Origin: an uncultured Acidobacteriota bacterium
GTDB taxonomy: Bacteria; Acidobacteriota; Thermoanaerobaculia; UBA5066; Gp7-AA6
Length of the DNA stretch: 64,000 nucleotides
NCBI GenBank assembly: GCA_963784935.1
Contig: CAWATD010000002.1
Coordinates: 330,131 to 394,130, forward strand
Reading direction: 5' to 3'
Positions 25,088 through 36,185 of the stretch are shown here, piece after piece. Each line of letters opens with the position of its first letter. Position 1 is the stretch's first letter. The translations under genes were made by a program, and so were the position numbers. A model generated the notes under the pieces. It had not been told where the DNA came from and made no database searches. It saw only the letters and a program-made list of their open reading frames with translations.

Positions 25088-28000
25088 TCAGGCGGCCTGC
25101 CTGGCCAGGGCCGGCAGCAGCTCGATCAGGCCAGCCAGCAGCGCGTCCTCGTCCGGGGCGGGGACCGTCAGCACCCGGGCCGGCGAGAGGCTGGCGCCGG
25201 GTGTCGCGCCCACCAGCGCGAGGATGCGCTCGACGTCCACGGCGGCTCCCTCGCCAAACCGCAGGTGCACGCGACCGGCCTGGCGCGTGATCGACGTGAC
25301 GCCCAGCCGCTCGGCCCGCGCGCGCAGCCGCGCGTATTCGATGAGCCGCCGCACGGCCTGCGGGGGCTCGCCGAACCGGTCCGCGATCTCGCGGCGGGTC
25401 TCCTCGAGCGCCGCATCGTCGCCGGCCCGCGCAACCTTCTTGTAGATCATCATTCTCCAGTTTTCATCCTCGACGTAGTCGTGCGGGATCGCCAGATCCA
25501 GCCCGAGCGAGAGCGTGACCGCGCGCTCGGGAATGGCCTCCTCGCCGCGGATCTCCCGGATCGCCTCCTCGAGGAGCGACAGGTAGGTCTCGAAGCCCAC
25601 GGCGGCGATGTGGCCGGACTGCTCGCCTCCGAGCATGTTGCCCGAGCCGCGGATCTCGAGGTCCCGGGCCGCGATCCGGAACCCGGCTCCGAGGTCGCAG
25701 AACTCCCGGATCGAGGCGAGCCTCTGCCGCGCGATCTCCGAGAGCGCCGCATTCTCCTCGACGAGGAGGTATGCGTAGGCGGGCTTGTCGCTGCGGCCCA
25801 CGCGGCCCCGCAGCTGGTAGAGCTGGGCGAGGCCGAACGTGTCGGCGCGGTCGATCAGGATCGTGTTCGCCGATGGGATGTCGAGGCCGTTCTCGACGAT
25901 CGCCGTCGCCAGCAGCACGTCCGCCTCGCGGGAGAAAAAGCGCAACATCGCCTTCTCGAGCTCGGCTTCGGGCATCTGGCCGTGGGCGACCGTCACGCGC
26001 ACCGACGGCAGCAGTTCCTCCAGCGTCTGCTTGACCCTCCCGATCGACTCGATGCGGTTGTGCACGAAGAAGACCTGGCCGCCACGCCCAATCTCCGCCT
26101 CGATCGCCTCGCGAATGATCTCGGGCCGCGACGGGACCACCTGCGTCTCGATCGCCAGCCGGTCCCGCGGGGGCGTCTCGATGATCGAGAGGTCGCGCAG
26201 GCCCGAAAGCGAAAGGTGGAGCGAGCGCGGGATCGGGGTCGCCGACATCGAGAGCACGTCGATCGAGGTCTTCCACTCCTTCAATCGCTCCTTCTGGGCG
26301 ACACCGAACCGCTGCTCTTCGTCCACGATGAGGAGCCCCAGGTCCCGGAACGCGAGGTCCTTGCCGAGCATGCGGTGTGTGGCGATCAGGATGTCGACGG
26401 TGCCGTCGGCGACGCGGGCGACGACGTCCTTCTGCTCGAGGCGCGAGCGGAATCGCGAGAGCAGTTCGATCGAGACCGGAAAGGCCGCGAACCGCCGCCG
26501 GAACGTCCGGAAGTGCTGGTCGGCGAGGATCGTCGTCGGGGCCAGCACGGCCACCTGCTTTCCGTCGAGGACCGCCTTGAAAGCCGCTCGCATGCCGACC
26601 TCGGTCTTGCCGTACCCGACGTCGCCGCAGAGGAGCCGGTCCATGGGTTTGGCCGACTGCATGTCGCGCTTGACCTCGGCGATCGCCTGCGCCTGGTCCG
26701 GAGTCTCGACGTACTCGAAGGCGTCCTCGAACTCCTTCTGCCACGGAGAGTCCTTGGAGAACGCAAATCCCTCGGCGAGGCTGCGCCGCGCGTAGAGCTT
26801 CAAGAGCTGGTCGGTCATGTCGCGCATCGCCTTGCGGACCGAAGCCTTGCGCCGGGCCCACCCGGCCCCGCCGAGCCTGTCGAGCGCGGGCTCCACCCCC
26901 TCCACGCCCGAATACTTCTGCACGAGGTCGAGGCGCTCGACCGGCAGCAGCAGCGCCCGCGCCTCCGCGTACTCGATCTCCATGAACTCGCGTTCCTCGC
27001 CCTCGACCGGCACGCGCTTCAAGCCCTTGAAGCGGCCGATGCCGTAGTCCGCATGCACGACCGCGTCGCCGAGCTTGAGGTCCCGCAGGTCGGACAGGAA
27101 CGCCTCGCTCGGCTTGCGGCGCGCGGCGGCCGAGCGGCGCTCCTCGCCGAAGATCTCCTCTTCCGCGTACACCGCCAGACGCGGTTCCCGCAGGCGGAAC
27201 CCGGCCGAGATGTCCGCGGCGACCGAGACCACGACCCCCGGATGGCGCTCTGACGAGACGTGAAACCCGTACTCGAAGGCGAGGCGCTTCAGCTTCTCGA
27301 CGCCGCCGGTCGGCCGCGACGCGACGAAGACTTCCTCCCCGGACTCGAGCGCCTTCGAGAGGCCCGCCGCCGCCTCGGCGGCCCGTCCCGCGTGGCCCGC
27401 GATCGGTTCGGCGGGCAGCCGGATCCCGGCTCCCTCCGTGGCTTCGAGGCCCAGCCGGTCGAAGCGCAGCGGCACGCCCGCAAGGCGCTCGCGAATCCGC
27501 CCGGCCGGGTGCATGAGCTCCTCGGGCCCGAACGCGTCCCGGTCCGGGTCCCGGTCGGCGAGCAGGCGATCCTCGAAGCCGGCGATCTCCTCCTCGACGG
27601 ACGCCGGCTCCACGATCGCGACCAGGGCGGCCCCGGCGTGATCCAGCCATCCCGATGGCATCGGCGACACGGCCGGCGCGAACACGCTGCGCTCGGCCTC
27701 GGAGGGCGGGCGCCCGATGCGCTCGGTCATCGCTCGCCGCGCCTCCTCCGACTCCTCCGCCGCCGAGAAGGGCGGCAGCCAGACTTCCTCGAGCTTCTCC
27801 TTTGAGCGTTGGGTGTCCGGGTCGAAGAGGCGCAGCGACGCCACCGTGTCGCCGTCGAGCTCGACGCGCACCGCGAGGTCCCGGTCCGGCGGAAAGACGT
27901 CGAAGAGGCCTCCGCGCACTGCGAGGTCTCCGGTCTCGACGACGAGGTCGCAGCGACGGTACCCGAGCCGCGTCAGCCGTCCGATCAGGTTCGACAGCGA

Positions 28001-28438
28001 CACCTCGGACCCGCGGGAGAGCCGCAGGAACAATTCCTCGAAGCGGACGGGGGCGGGCAGCCGCACGAAGAGCGAGCGCGCGGGCAGGACCGCCGCCCAG
28101 TCGCGCGCGCCTCCGCGCAGGGCCGTCAACAGGGAGAATTCGTCGCGGCGCGCCTTCAGCGACGCGGGGATGCGCTGGTACGGCGTGAGCGTCGGCGCCG
28201 GGGCGTGAAAGACCCGCTCCATCCCGCAGGCCGCGAGGTCGCCGAGCAGCGGCTCGGCCTCCTTCTCGCTGGCGACGACGAGGGCCAGGGGCCGCTCGAG
28301 ATCGCGCGCCAGCGTCGCCAGCAGGATCGCGGGCAAGGCACCCACCCCGCCCGACACGACCACGCGGTCTTCTCCCCCCCGGACCCTTGCCAGCAGGTCC
28401 GCGTAGGAGGGAAGGCCGCGGGCGAGGTCCGTGAACAA
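25088..28438 (-). CDS. mfd: Transcription-repair coupling factor
   Basis: 1116 aa. DRLLCGDVGYGKTEVGMRAAF (helicase motif I), DEEQRFGV, and the TRG/C-terminal region. TTG start. Confidence 0.95.
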   Translation of the reverse strand: MFTDLARGLPSYADLLARVRGGEDRVVVSGGVGALPAILLATLARDLERPLALVVASEKEAEPLLGDLAACGMERVFHAPAPTLTPYQRIPASLKARRDEFSLLTALRGGARDWAAVLPARSLFVRLPAPVRFEELFLRLSRGSEVSLSNLIGRLTRLGYRRCDLVVETGDLAVRGGLFDVFPPDRDLAVRVELDGDTVASLRLFDPDTQRSKEKLEEVWLPPFSAAEESEEARRAMTERIGRPPSEAERSVFAPAVSPMPSGWLDHAGAALVAIVEPASVEEEIAGFEDRLLADRDPDRDAFGPEELMHPAGRIRERLAGVPLRFDRLGLEATEGAGIRLPAEPIAGHAGRAAEAAAGLSKALESGEEVFVASRPTGGVEKLKRLAFEYGFHVSSERHPGVVVSVAADISAGFRLREPRLAVYAEEEIFGEERRSAAARRKPSEAFLSDLRDLKLGDAVVHADYGIGRFKGLKRVPVEGEEREFMEIEYAEARALLLPVERLDLVQKYSGVEGVEPALDRLGGAGWARRKASVRKAMRDMTDQLLKLYARRSLAEGFAFSKDSPWQKEFEDAFEYVETPDQAQAIAEVKRDMQSAKPMDRLLCGDVGYGKTEVGMRAAFKAVLDGKQVAVLAPTTILADQHFRTFRRRFAAFPVSIELLSRFRSRLEQKDVVARVADGTVDILIATHRMLGKDLAFRDLGLLIVDEEQRFGVAQKERLKEWKTSIDVLSMSATPIPRSLHLSLSGLRDLSIIETPPRDRLAIETQVVPSRPEIIREAIEAEIGRGGQVFFVHNRIESIGRVKQTLEELLPSVRVTVAHGQMPEAELEKAMLRFFSREADVLLATAIVENGLDIPSANTILIDRADTFGLAQLYQLRGRVGRSDKPAYAYLLVEENAALSEIARQRLASIREFCDLGAGFRIAARDLEIRGSGNMLGGEQSGHIAAVGFETYLSLLEEAIREIRGEEAIPERAVTLSLGLDLAIPHDYVEDENWRMMIYKKVARAGDDAALEETRREIADRFGEPPQAVRRLIEYARLRARAERLGVTSITRQAGRVHLRFGEGAAVDVERILALVGATPGASLSPARVLTVPAPDEDALLAGLIELLPALARQAA

Positions 28439-28493
28439 ATGCGAGCTTTCCGCCGCCGGCTCTCCACAGTCAGCCGACTAAGGCCGGAGGAGC

Positions 28494-29720
28494 TTATCGG
28501 GTTTGTGCCCTTGCCCGCGGAGACTTTTCCCGGAGACGTCCGACGGCCCGGTCCGCCGCCTCGACCGCGAAATCGACCTCCTCGGCCGTGGTCCAGCGGC
28601 CGAGCCCGAACCGGATCGAAGCATGGGCGAGCTCGGGCGGTACACCGATCGCGGTCAGAACGTGGGACGGCGCGAGCGACGCCGACGTGCAAGCCGAGCC
28701 CGAGGAGACCGCCACGTCCTTCAAGCTCACGAGCAGCGCCTCCCCATCGACGCCGGCGAAAGAGACGTTGAGGTTGCCCGGAAGGCGCCGCTCCTCGACG
28801 CCTGGCGACAGGGCCCCGTCGGCCTCGATCGCGGGAAGCGGCGCGCCGTTCAGAGTCAGGCCGTCCATCCGCGAGAAGAGGCCGTCGTAAAGGCGTTTGC
28901 GCAGGAGCCTCAGCCGCTTGCCTTCCTCCGGCATCCCGGCGACGGCGAGCTCGGCCGCCTTGCCGAGGCCGACGATGCCCGGCACGTTCAGGGTGCCCGA
29001 GCGCATGCCGCGCTCGTGCCCGCCCCCGTGGACGATGGGTTCGAGCCGCACGTGCGGATGGCGCGCCCGCACGTACAGCGCCCCGGCCCCCTTCGGGCCG
29101 TAGAGCTTGTGCGCGGAGACGGACGCGAGGTCCACCTGAATCGCCTCGACGTCGAACGGGATCTTGCCGAGGCCCTGCACGGCGTCCGTATGGAAGAGGA
29201 CGTTCTTCTCGCGGCAGATCGCTCCGATCGCCGCCGCGCGCAACAGGGTGCCGATCTCGTTGTTGGCCAGCATGAGCGAAACGAGGACGGTGTTGTCCCG
29301 GATCGCCGCGCGCACCTGCTCGGGATGAATCTCCCCGGTCCCCTTCTCGGGCGCGAGGTACGTCACCGCGAACCCCTCGCGCTCCAACTGCCGGCACGGA
29401 TCGAGCACGGCGCTGTGCTCGGTCGGCGCCGTGATCACGTGGCCGCCCCTGTCCCGGTGGAGCCGGGCCACGCCGAGGACCGCCAGGTTGTCGGACTCGG
29501 TCGCGCCGCTCGTGAAGACGATTTCCTTCGCCGCGGCGTTCATCGCCCGCGCCACCTGGTCGCGGGCCGCGTCCACCGCGGCCTCGGCCTCCCAGCCGAA
29601 CACGTGCCCGCGCGAGGCGGGGTTGCCGAACGTCTTCGTGAAGTACGGCGCCATCGCCTCGAAGACGCGCGGATCGACCGGCGTCGTCGCCTGGTAGTCC
29701 ATGTAGATCGGCAGCTGCAC
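28494..29720 (-). CDS. Cysteine desulfurase (IscS/NifS class I)
   Basis: [19 protein letters not shown]...[17 protein letters not shown]...SSGSACTS (PLP-lysine and active-site Cys loop). Confidence 0.92.
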   Translation of the reverse strand: MQLPIYMDYQATTPVDPRVFEAMAPYFTKTFGNPASRGHVFGWEAEAAVDAARDQVARAMNAAAKEIVFTSGATESDNLAVLGVARLHRDRGGHVITAPTEHSAVLDPCRQLEREGFAVTYLAPEKGTGEIHPEQVRAAIRDNTVLVSLMLANNEIGTLLRAAAIGAICREKNVLFHTDAVQGLGKIPFDVEAIQVDLASVSAHKLYGPKGAGALYVRARHPHVRLEPIVHGGGHERGMRSGTLNVPGIVGLGKAAELAVAGMPEEGKRLRLLRKRLYDGLFSRMDGLTLNGAPLPAIEADGALSPGVEERRLPGNLNVSFAGVDGEALLVSLKDVAVSSGSACTSASLAPSHVLTAIGVPPELAHASIRFGLGRWTTAEEVDFAVEAADRAVGRLREKSPRARAQTR

Positions 29721-29806
29721 GGATGACCATTCTATGGGGTCAGGTCTCTCCGGGTGTGACTTTGGCGGGCGAGTTCACACATTGAAAGTCCTGACCCCGG
29801 CTCGCT

Positions 29807-30019
29807 TCACGCCTTTGCCGCCTGTTCCGGCACGCCAAGCCGCCGCAGGAGCACCATCATCGGGCAGGTCTTCGTGAACATCGACTGCAGCAGGTTCGCG
29901 CCCACGAAGGCCGTGAAGAGGAAGAAGGCCGGGTGGACGAACCAGCCGAGCGCGAGCGACAACAGGACGAAGGTCCCTGCGATCCCCCGCAGCCACTCGT
30001 TGATCGTCGTTCTGGTCAT
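29807..30019 (-). CDS. DUF2892 (YgaP C-terminal-like) small membrane protein
   Basis: INEWLRGIAGTFVLLSLALGW...FTAFVGANLLQSMFTKTCPMMVLLRRLG. ATGA overlap with the RND pump stop. Confidence 0.75.
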   Translation of the reverse strand: MTRTTINEWLRGIAGTFVLLSLALGWFVHPAFFLFTAFVGANLLQSMFTKTCPMMVLLRRLGVPEQAAKA

Positions 30020-33000
30020 GCGAGACTCCTTTCCGGCTCGGCCGAGGACGCGAAGGCCGCCGCCTTCCTCGCTTCCGAGCGTTTGAGCAGGTAGTAGAGG
30101 ACCGGGACGGCCGCGCGCGACAACAGCGTCGCCGCGACCTCGCCCGCCATCATCGAGACGGCAAGGCCCTGGAAGATCGGATCGAGCAGCATCACCGCCG
30201 AGCCGACGACGACGGCCGCCGCCGTCAGAAGCATCGGCCGGAACCGCACCTCGCCCGCGTCGAGCACCGCCTCGGACAGGCCCATGCCCTCGCGGCGGCG
30301 CAGCTCGATGAAATCGACCAGGATGATCGAGTTGCGGACGATGATCCCGGCGCCGGCGATGAAGCCGATCATCGAGGTCGCGGTGAAGAACACGCCGAAG
30401 AGGCCATGCGCGGGGAGGATCCCGACGAGCGTGAGCGGGATTGGAGCCATGATGACGAGCGGCACCGTGAAGCTACGGAACCAGCCGACCACCAGGACGT
30501 AGATCAGCACCAGCACGGCGGCAAACGCGAGGCCGAGATCGCGGAAGACCTCGTAGGTCACGTACCACTCCCCGTCCCACTTCACGCCGTATCGCGCGGT
30601 GTCGAAGGGCGCCGCTGCGGTCTGCGTCTCGATGCGGTAACCGCCCGGCACGCGGATCCCGGCAATCCCCTTCTCGAGCGCCCCGATCGCGTAAACCGGC
30701 GCCTCCCTGCGTCCCGCGACGTCGGCCGTGACGTAGACGACCGGTTTCAGGTTCTTGTGGTAGATCGACGTTTCCTCCGGCTCGCGCTCGAAGCGGCCGA
30801 TCTCCGAGAGAGGCACCCGCCGTCCGTCGGCGCCGGACACCGAGAGGGCCCCGAGCGCGGCCAGGTCGTTGCGCCGCTCCGGCGGCAGCGTCACGACGAG
30901 CGGGATCCGTTCGCGAATCCCCGGCAGCTGGATCTCGCCGGCCGCATCGCCTCCGAGCGCGAGGCGCAGTGTCGCGGCGACATCGGCCTCGCGGATCCCG
31001 GAGAGGCCCGCCTTCTGCCGGTCGAGCCGGAAGACCGCCTTCTCGCGCGGGCTCTCGACGTACCAGTCCACGTCGGCCACGCCCTCGGTACGGGAAAAGA
31101 CCTCGCGCACCTGCCGCGCCACTTCGCGCCGGCCCGCGTCGTCGGGGCCGTAGATCTCGGCCACGAGCGTCTGGAGCACGGGCGGGCCCGGTGGCACTTC
31201 CGCCACCTTGATGCGCGCTCCATACCGCGGCGCGATCGCCTCCACGAGCGGGCGGGCCTCCCGCGCGATGGCGTGCGAGGAACGGTGGCGCTTCGTTCGG
31301 GACGCCAGGGAAACCTGGACGTCTCCCTGGTGGGGGCCGGACCTCAGGAAGTAGTGCCGTACGAGGCCGTTGAAGTTGTAGGGAGCGGCCGCGCCGGCGT
31401 AGACCTCCGTGCCCACGACCTCGGGAATCGAAGCGACCGAGCCCGCCATCTCGGACAGCGCCCGATGCGTCGTCTCGAGCGTCGTGCCCTCGGGGAAGTC
31501 GACGACGATCTGGAACTCGTTCTTGTTGTCGAAGGGCAGCATCTTCACGATCACGACGCCGAGCGGCACGAGCGCCATGGCGGCGGCCAGCAGGCCTGCG
31601 ATGACCAGGAAGAACACGGCCCGGGCGCGCCCCCCGCCTTCCGTCACGAGCGGCGTCATCGCCCGGCGGTAGAGGACCGCGAGCCGTCCCCTCTCCGATT
31701 CGCCGTGGCCGAGCGTTTCCGCCGGCACGTTGCGGAAGAGCCGCCGGGTCGCCCAGGGCGAGACCGCGAAAGCGATCAGCAGGGAAAAGAGCATCGCCGC
31801 CGAAGCGCCCACCGGGATCGGCCTCATGTACGGGCCCATCAGACCGCCCACGAACCCCATGGGCACGATCGCCGCAATGACGGCGAACGTCGCGAGGATC
31901 GTCGGATTGCCGACCTCGTCGGTCGCCTCGATGGCGACGCGGGCGAGAGAGCGGCCGCGGGAGGACGGCAGCCGCAGGTGACGCACGATGTTCTCGACGA
32001 CGACGATCGCGTCGTCCACCAGGATCCCGATGGAGAAGATGAGCGCGAAGAGCGTGATGCGGTTGAGCGTGTAGCCGAAGATGTAGAAGACGAAGAGCGT
32101 CAGCGCCAGCGTGACCGGAACGGCCAGCAGCACGACCCCCGCCTCCCGCCGGCCGAGCGCGATCGCCATGAGCAGGGCGACCGACAGCGTCGCAATCGCC
32201 ATGTGCTTCAGCAGCTCGTTCGACTTTTCCGCCGAGGTCTCTCCGTAGTCCCGCGTGACCGTCGCGCGGACGCCGGCGGCGAAGAGGCGCGGGCGCAGGC
32301 GATCGAGCTTCCGGTCGATCGCGTGGACCACCGTGATCGCGTTCGCGCCCCGCCGCTTGCTCACGGAAAGGGTGACGGCCGGAAACTGCCCTCCGGCTCT
32401 CCCCGGCTCGCCGTGCGTCACGTAGGAGACCGGCTCCTCGGGGCCGTCGACGACGCGCGCGACGTCGGCCAGGCGAACCGGCCGGCCGTCGTTCTGGGCG
32501 ACGACGACCGCCTCGAGCTCCGCGGCGCTGCGCACGAAGCCGCCTGCCTCGACGAGGATCTCCCGGTCGCCGGCGACCACCGGGCCCGCTGCCGTGCGCC
32601 GGTTCGCCGCCTCGAGCGCGCCGAGGACCGCCCCGGGCGAAAGTCCCCGGGCGGCCAGCCGCGCCGGATCGAGCTCCACGCGGAACTCGCGCCGCAGGCC
32701 CCCGATCAGCGCCGTGTCCGAGACCTCGGGGATCGTCTTGATCTCGTTCTCCACCTCGGCCGCGATCTGGCGCAGCGTCGCCGGGTCCTGCGTCTGGCTC
32801 CAGAACGTCATCGCCCAGACCGGCACGTCGTCGATCGAGCGCGGCTTGACGAGTGGCGGCGGCATGTCCCGCGGCCAATCGCCCGCGAGCGCGTCGAGTT
32901 TTGCCCGGATGCGCACGAGTGCGCGATCCGGATCTTCCCCCACGCGGAAGCGCACGACGAGAAAGCCCCGGCCGGCCGAGGAGGTCGAGTACACGTACTC

Positions 33001-33285
33001 CACGCCCGGGATCGACCAGAAGGCCTTCTCGAGCGGGGCGACGACCTGGCGCTCGACCTCGACCGGCGCGCGCCCCGGCAGCGACGCAAAGACGTCGACC
33101 ATCGGGACCTTGATCTGCGGCTCTTCTTCCCGGGGCGTGACCACGACGGCGAGCGCGCCGAGCGCCACGGCAAAAAACACCACGAGCGGCGTGAGCTTCG
33201 AATCCATGAACGCTCTCGCGAGGCGGCCGGCGATGCCCAGCTGTTCCCGCTCGAGCTCGATGCGGCTCTTCGGGTCGAGCGTCAC
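30016..33285 (-). CDS. RND efflux transporter permease (AcrB/CzcA superfamily)
   Basis: About 1089 aa with 12-TM RND architecture (IFSIGILVDDAIVVVENI...). GTG 33285 overlaps the adaptor stop. The 1616-aa ORF-track extension was rejected. ATG at MDSKLTPLV is an alternative start. Confidence 0.92.
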   Translation of the reverse strand: MTLDPKSRIELEREQLGIAGRLARAFMDSKLTPLVVFFAVALGALAVVVTPREEEPQIKVPMVDVFASLPGRAPVEVERQVVAPLEKAFWSIPGVEYVYSTSSAGRGFLVVRFRVGEDPDRALVRIRAKLDALAGDWPRDMPPPLVKPRSIDDVPVWAMTFWSQTQDPATLRQIAAEVENEIKTIPEVSDTALIGGLRREFRVELDPARLAARGLSPGAVLGALEAANRRTAAGPVVAGDREILVEAGGFVRSAAELEAVVVAQNDGRPVRLADVARVVDGPEEPVSYVTHGEPGRAGGQFPAVTLSVSKRRGANAITVVHAIDRKLDRLRPRLFAAGVRATVTRDYGETSAEKSNELLKHMAIATLSVALLMAIALGRREAGVVLLAVPVTLALTLFVFYIFGYTLNRITLFALIFSIGILVDDAIVVVENIVRHLRLPSSRGRSLARVAIEATDEVGNPTILATFAVIAAIVPMGFVGGLMGPYMRPIPVGASAAMLFSLLIAFAVSPWATRRLFRNVPAETLGHGESERGRLAVLYRRAMTPLVTEGGGRARAVFFLVIAGLLAAAMALVPLGVVIVKMLPFDNKNEFQIVVDFPEGTTLETTHRALSEMAGSVASIPEVVGTEVYAGAAAPYNFNGLVRHYFLRSGPHQGDVQVSLASRTKRHRSSHAIAREARPLVEAIAPRYGARIKVAEVPPGPPVLQTLVAEIYGPDDAGRREVARQVREVFSRTEGVADVDWYVESPREKAVFRLDRQKAGLSGIREADVAATLRLALGGDAAGEIQLPGIRERIPLVVTLPPERRNDLAALGALSVSGADGRRVPLSEIGRFEREPEETSIYHKNLKPVVYVTADVAGRREAPVYAIGALEKGIAGIRVPGGYRIETQTAAAPFDTARYGVKWDGEWYVTYEVFRDLGLAFAAVLVLIYVLVVGWFRSFTVPLVIMAPIPLTLVGILPAHGLFGVFFTATSMIGFIAGAGIIVRNSIILVDFIELRRREGMGLSEAVLDAGEVRFRPMLLTAAAVVVGSAVMLLDPIFQGLAVSMMAGEVAATLLSRAAVPVLYYLLKRSEARKAAAFASSAEPERSLA

Positions 33286-34331
33286 GACTTGATCCGCGTG
33301 CCCGCCTCGAGATCGGCGGGCGGGTCGATGACGACGCGATCGCCGGCCTCCAGGCCAGACCGGATCTCGATCAGCCCCGTGCCGACGGGCGAGCCGGTCC
33401 GCACGTACCGCAGCTCCGCTCCCCCATCCCGACCGACGGCCCATGCCAGCTGCAGACCGCCCCGCGCAACGACCGCGCGTGCCGGGGCGAGCAGCCGCGG
33501 CGCGTCTGGCCCCGGCAGCCGCAGGCGCGCGAAGGTCCCGATCGCCGGCTCCACGCCGGAGGGCAGGTCCACGCGCACCAGGCGCCGCCGCGTGGCGGGG
33601 TCCACGGCGGCGACGATTTCTGCAATGCGTCCGTGCAGCGTCTTGCCGCCGAGCTCCAGCTCCACTTCTTCTCCGGGCGAGAGGCGCGCCGCCACCTCCT
33701 CTCCGGGTGCCGCCTCGACGCGGCGGCCCTGCGTCGACGCCAGCCGCACGAGCGGGCGTCCCGGGGCCGCGAGATCTCCGGCCGACACCATCTTCTCGAC
33801 GACGACCGCATCGAACGGCGCCACCAGAATCGATTGCGAGCGGTCGGTCTGCGCGCGCGAGGAGAGGGCCTCGGCGGAAGCGAGGCCGGCCGCCGCCGAG
33901 GCCTCGTCCTGGCGCGCGCGCTCGAGCTCGACCGGAGCCGCGGCCCCGCGCCCCGCGAGCCTCTCGAACCGGGCGACGTTCCTTCGCGCGCGTTCGAGTT
34001 CCGCTCGCGCTGCCGCGACGGCGGCTCGAGCGCTCTCGGCGGCGCTGTCGGACTCGCCCTCCTCGAGGCGCACGAGCACCGCGCCGGCGCGCACCGTCTG
34101 ACCCGGCACCGCGCGGACTTCCACGACCGGCGCCGAGAGTCGGCTCGCGAGCACGGCTTCCGACCGGCCCACGACGGAACCCTCGATCTCGATCATCGCG
34201 GCCCCGTCGCGCCGCTCCACCGTGGCCGTCGCCAGCGCGCGCTCGGGCGCCGATGCCGACGCTTCCGGCTTCTTCGCGCAGCCCGCCGCGGCGAGCGCCG
34301 CCAGCGCCAGGACTCCCAGGATTCGTTTCAT
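33282..34331 (-). CDS. RND periplasmic adaptor (membrane fusion protein), lipoprotein
   Basis: MKRILGVLALAALAAAGC lipobox, then coiled-coil hairpin and beta-barrel regions. ATGA overlap with the OMP stop. Confidence 0.88.
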   Translation of the reverse strand: MKRILGVLALAALAAAGCAKKPEASASAPERALATATVERRDGAAMIEIEGSVVGRSEAVLASRLSAPVVEVRAVPGQTVRAGAVLVRLEEGESDSAAESARAAVAAARAELERARRNVARFERLAGRGAAAPVELERARQDEASAAAGLASAEALSSRAQTDRSQSILVAPFDAVVVEKMVSAGDLAAPGRPLVRLASTQGRRVEAAPGEEVAARLSPGEEVELELGGKTLHGRIAEIVAAVDPATRRRLVRVDLPSGVEPAIGTFARLRLPGPDAPRLLAPARAVVARGGLQLAWAVGRDGGAELRYVRTGSPVGTGLIEIRSGLEAGDRVVIDPPADLEAGTRIKS

Positions 34332-35653
34332 CCTTCGTTTCCTTCCGGCGGCAGGCCGAGGGCCAGCCGCAGATTCGCCTGCGCCACCACCCGGTCGGCC
34401 GCCGCCGCCGCCGCGCCGATGCGCGCCCGGGTCTCGGCGGCGCGCGCCTCGAGCAGGTCGGCCAGCCGCGCCGCCCCTTCTTCGTAGCGCGACTGCTGGA
34501 TCTCGCGGGCCTGGTGCGCTGCGACCTCGGCTTCCTCGAATGCGCGCGAACGCGCCTCTGCCGCGACCAGGTCGGCCTGCGCGCGGGCGATCTCGCTCTG
34601 CGCCGCGCGGCTGGCCTCCCGCGCGGCCGCTTCCGCCCACAGCGCCGCGGCCCGCGCCTCGGCGACCCGGGCATCGATCCCGCCCGAGGCGAAGAGCGGC
34701 ACGCGAACGCCGCCGAAGACCGTCCCGGAGTTGCCGTATCGGCCCCCCAGAGTGGGCGCGTGAACCTCGTATCGTCCCGTAACGACCAGCGTCGGCCAGC
34801 GCGAGGCCGCCGCGGCCTTTTCCGTTTCCCTTGCGGCGCCGGCGGCGAGCTTCGCCGCGGCGACATCGGCGCGATCGGACGCGGCGGAGGCGGTGCCCGG
34901 CGCCGGGGGCACCGGCTCCGGCAAAGGCGCGAGGGGTCGGGCCGCGGCCTCGACCCCGATGAGGGCGCCGAGCATCGCCCGCGCTCCGTCGAGCTCCGCC
35001 TGCTGCCCCGCCAGCTCCGCGCGCACTTCCGCCATGGCCGCGCGCGCTCGCGCCGGGTCGGCGGCCGTCGTCACGCCCTCCTCGGCCAGGGCCCCGGCGA
35101 TCCCGAGGTCCTTTTCCGCGTCCAACTCCCGCTCGCGGAGAATCTCCAGCGCGTCCTGCGCCCGGCGCGCCGCCGAAAAGGCGGCGATCGCCTGGAAGAC
35201 GGCCGCGTCCCGGGCACGGCCCGACCCGAGCTCGGCCGCCTCGGCCGTCTGCTCGGCCGCCCGCGCCCCGGCCCGGGCGGCTCCGAAGATGTCGGCGGTC
35301 CAGGCCGCTGACAGCGAGCCGCTCCAGTCCTCCGTGAACGGCGGGTCGTTCGGGTCGGAGGCGAAGAACTTCGCCGCTGAAAATCGCTCCTGCTCGAGCT
35401 GCAGCGAAAAGACGGTGACGGGGTTGTTCGAGGAGAGAAAGCCGGCGTCCGCAAAGAGGGACGGACCCAGCTGCGACCGCGCCGACGCCTGTCTCGCCCG
35501 GGCGCCTTCGCTCGCCGCGCGCGCCTTTTCCACGGACGGAGCGCCGGCGGCGGCCAGCGCCGCGGCCTCGCGGAGGGTGAGAGGCTCGGAGGACGCGGCC
35601 CCGGAAGGGGTGGCCGCGGCGGCGAGAATCAGAGCGAGCAGCATGCTTTTCAT
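34328..35653 (-). CDS. TolC-family outer-membrane efflux protein
   Basis: Signal peptide MKSMLLALILAAAATPSGAA, LTLREAAALA, and two OEP-type repeats. Confidence 0.85.
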   Translation of the reverse strand: MKSMLLALILAAAATPSGAASSEPLTLREAAALAAAGAPSVEKARAASEGARARQASARSQLGPSLFADAGFLSSNNPVTVFSLQLEQERFSAAKFFASDPNDPPFTEDWSGSLSAAWTADIFGAARAGARAAEQTAEAAELGSGRARDAAVFQAIAAFSAARRAQDALEILRERELDAEKDLGIAGALAEEGVTTAADPARARAAMAEVRAELAGQQAELDGARAMLGALIGVEAAARPLAPLPEPVPPAPGTASAASDRADVAAAKLAAGAARETEKAAAASRWPTLVVTGRYEVHAPTLGGRYGNSGTVFGGVRVPLFASGGIDARVAEARAAALWAEAAAREASRAAQSEIARAQADLVAAEARSRAFEEAEVAAHQAREIQQSRYEEGAARLADLLEARAAETRARIGAAAAAADRVVAQANLRLALGLPPEGNEG

Positions 35654-35715
35654 GACGGCGTCTCGACCGGTGTGAGCCGCTTCCGCGGCAAAGGATTCGC
35701 CCCGCGGGCGGCGCC

Positions 35716-36111
35716 TCACTCCAGCCTTGCGAGCGCGCGCGTGAGCTTCTGTTTGACCGTCTCGGCCAGCTCCACGAGCTTCGCGTTTCCGGTCGCCGCC
35801 ATGGTCTTCGTCGGGTCGATCGCGAGCACGACGGTCTTGCCGTCGTCCGCCTCGTAGACCACCACGTTGCACGGCAACATGAGACCGACCTCGAGGTCCG
35901 CCTGGAGCGCCTCGTGCGCCAGCGGCGGGTTGCAGGCGCCCAGGATCTTGTAGCGCCGGAAGTCGACACCGAGCTTCTGCTGGAGCGTGCTCCGGACGTC
36001 GATCTCCGTGAGGACGCCAAAGCCCTCCGACTTCAGGGCCTCAGGAACGAGAGCAAGGGCCTCCTCGTATGTCGCGCGAAGGGGCTTGCGAATCCCGAAC
36101 GTCGTCGTCAT
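35716..36111 (-). CDS. DUF302 domain protein
   Basis: ALKSEGFGVLTEIDVRSTLQQKLGVDFRRYKILGACNPPLAHEAL...LPCNVVVYE. ATG 36111 is preceded by AAGGA. Confidence 0.8.
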   Translation of the reverse strand: MTTTFGIRKPLRATYEEALALVPEALKSEGFGVLTEIDVRSTLQQKLGVDFRRYKILGACNPPLAHEALQADLEVGLMLPCNVVVYEADDGKTVVLAIDPTKTMAATGNAKLVELAETVKQKLTRALARLE

Positions 36112-36185
36112 GCACATCCATCCTTTGGTTCGTCGCGTTCCTTCGATTCTTCTTGCGCGCCCGACCGGCGCGCCTGAGGCACCGC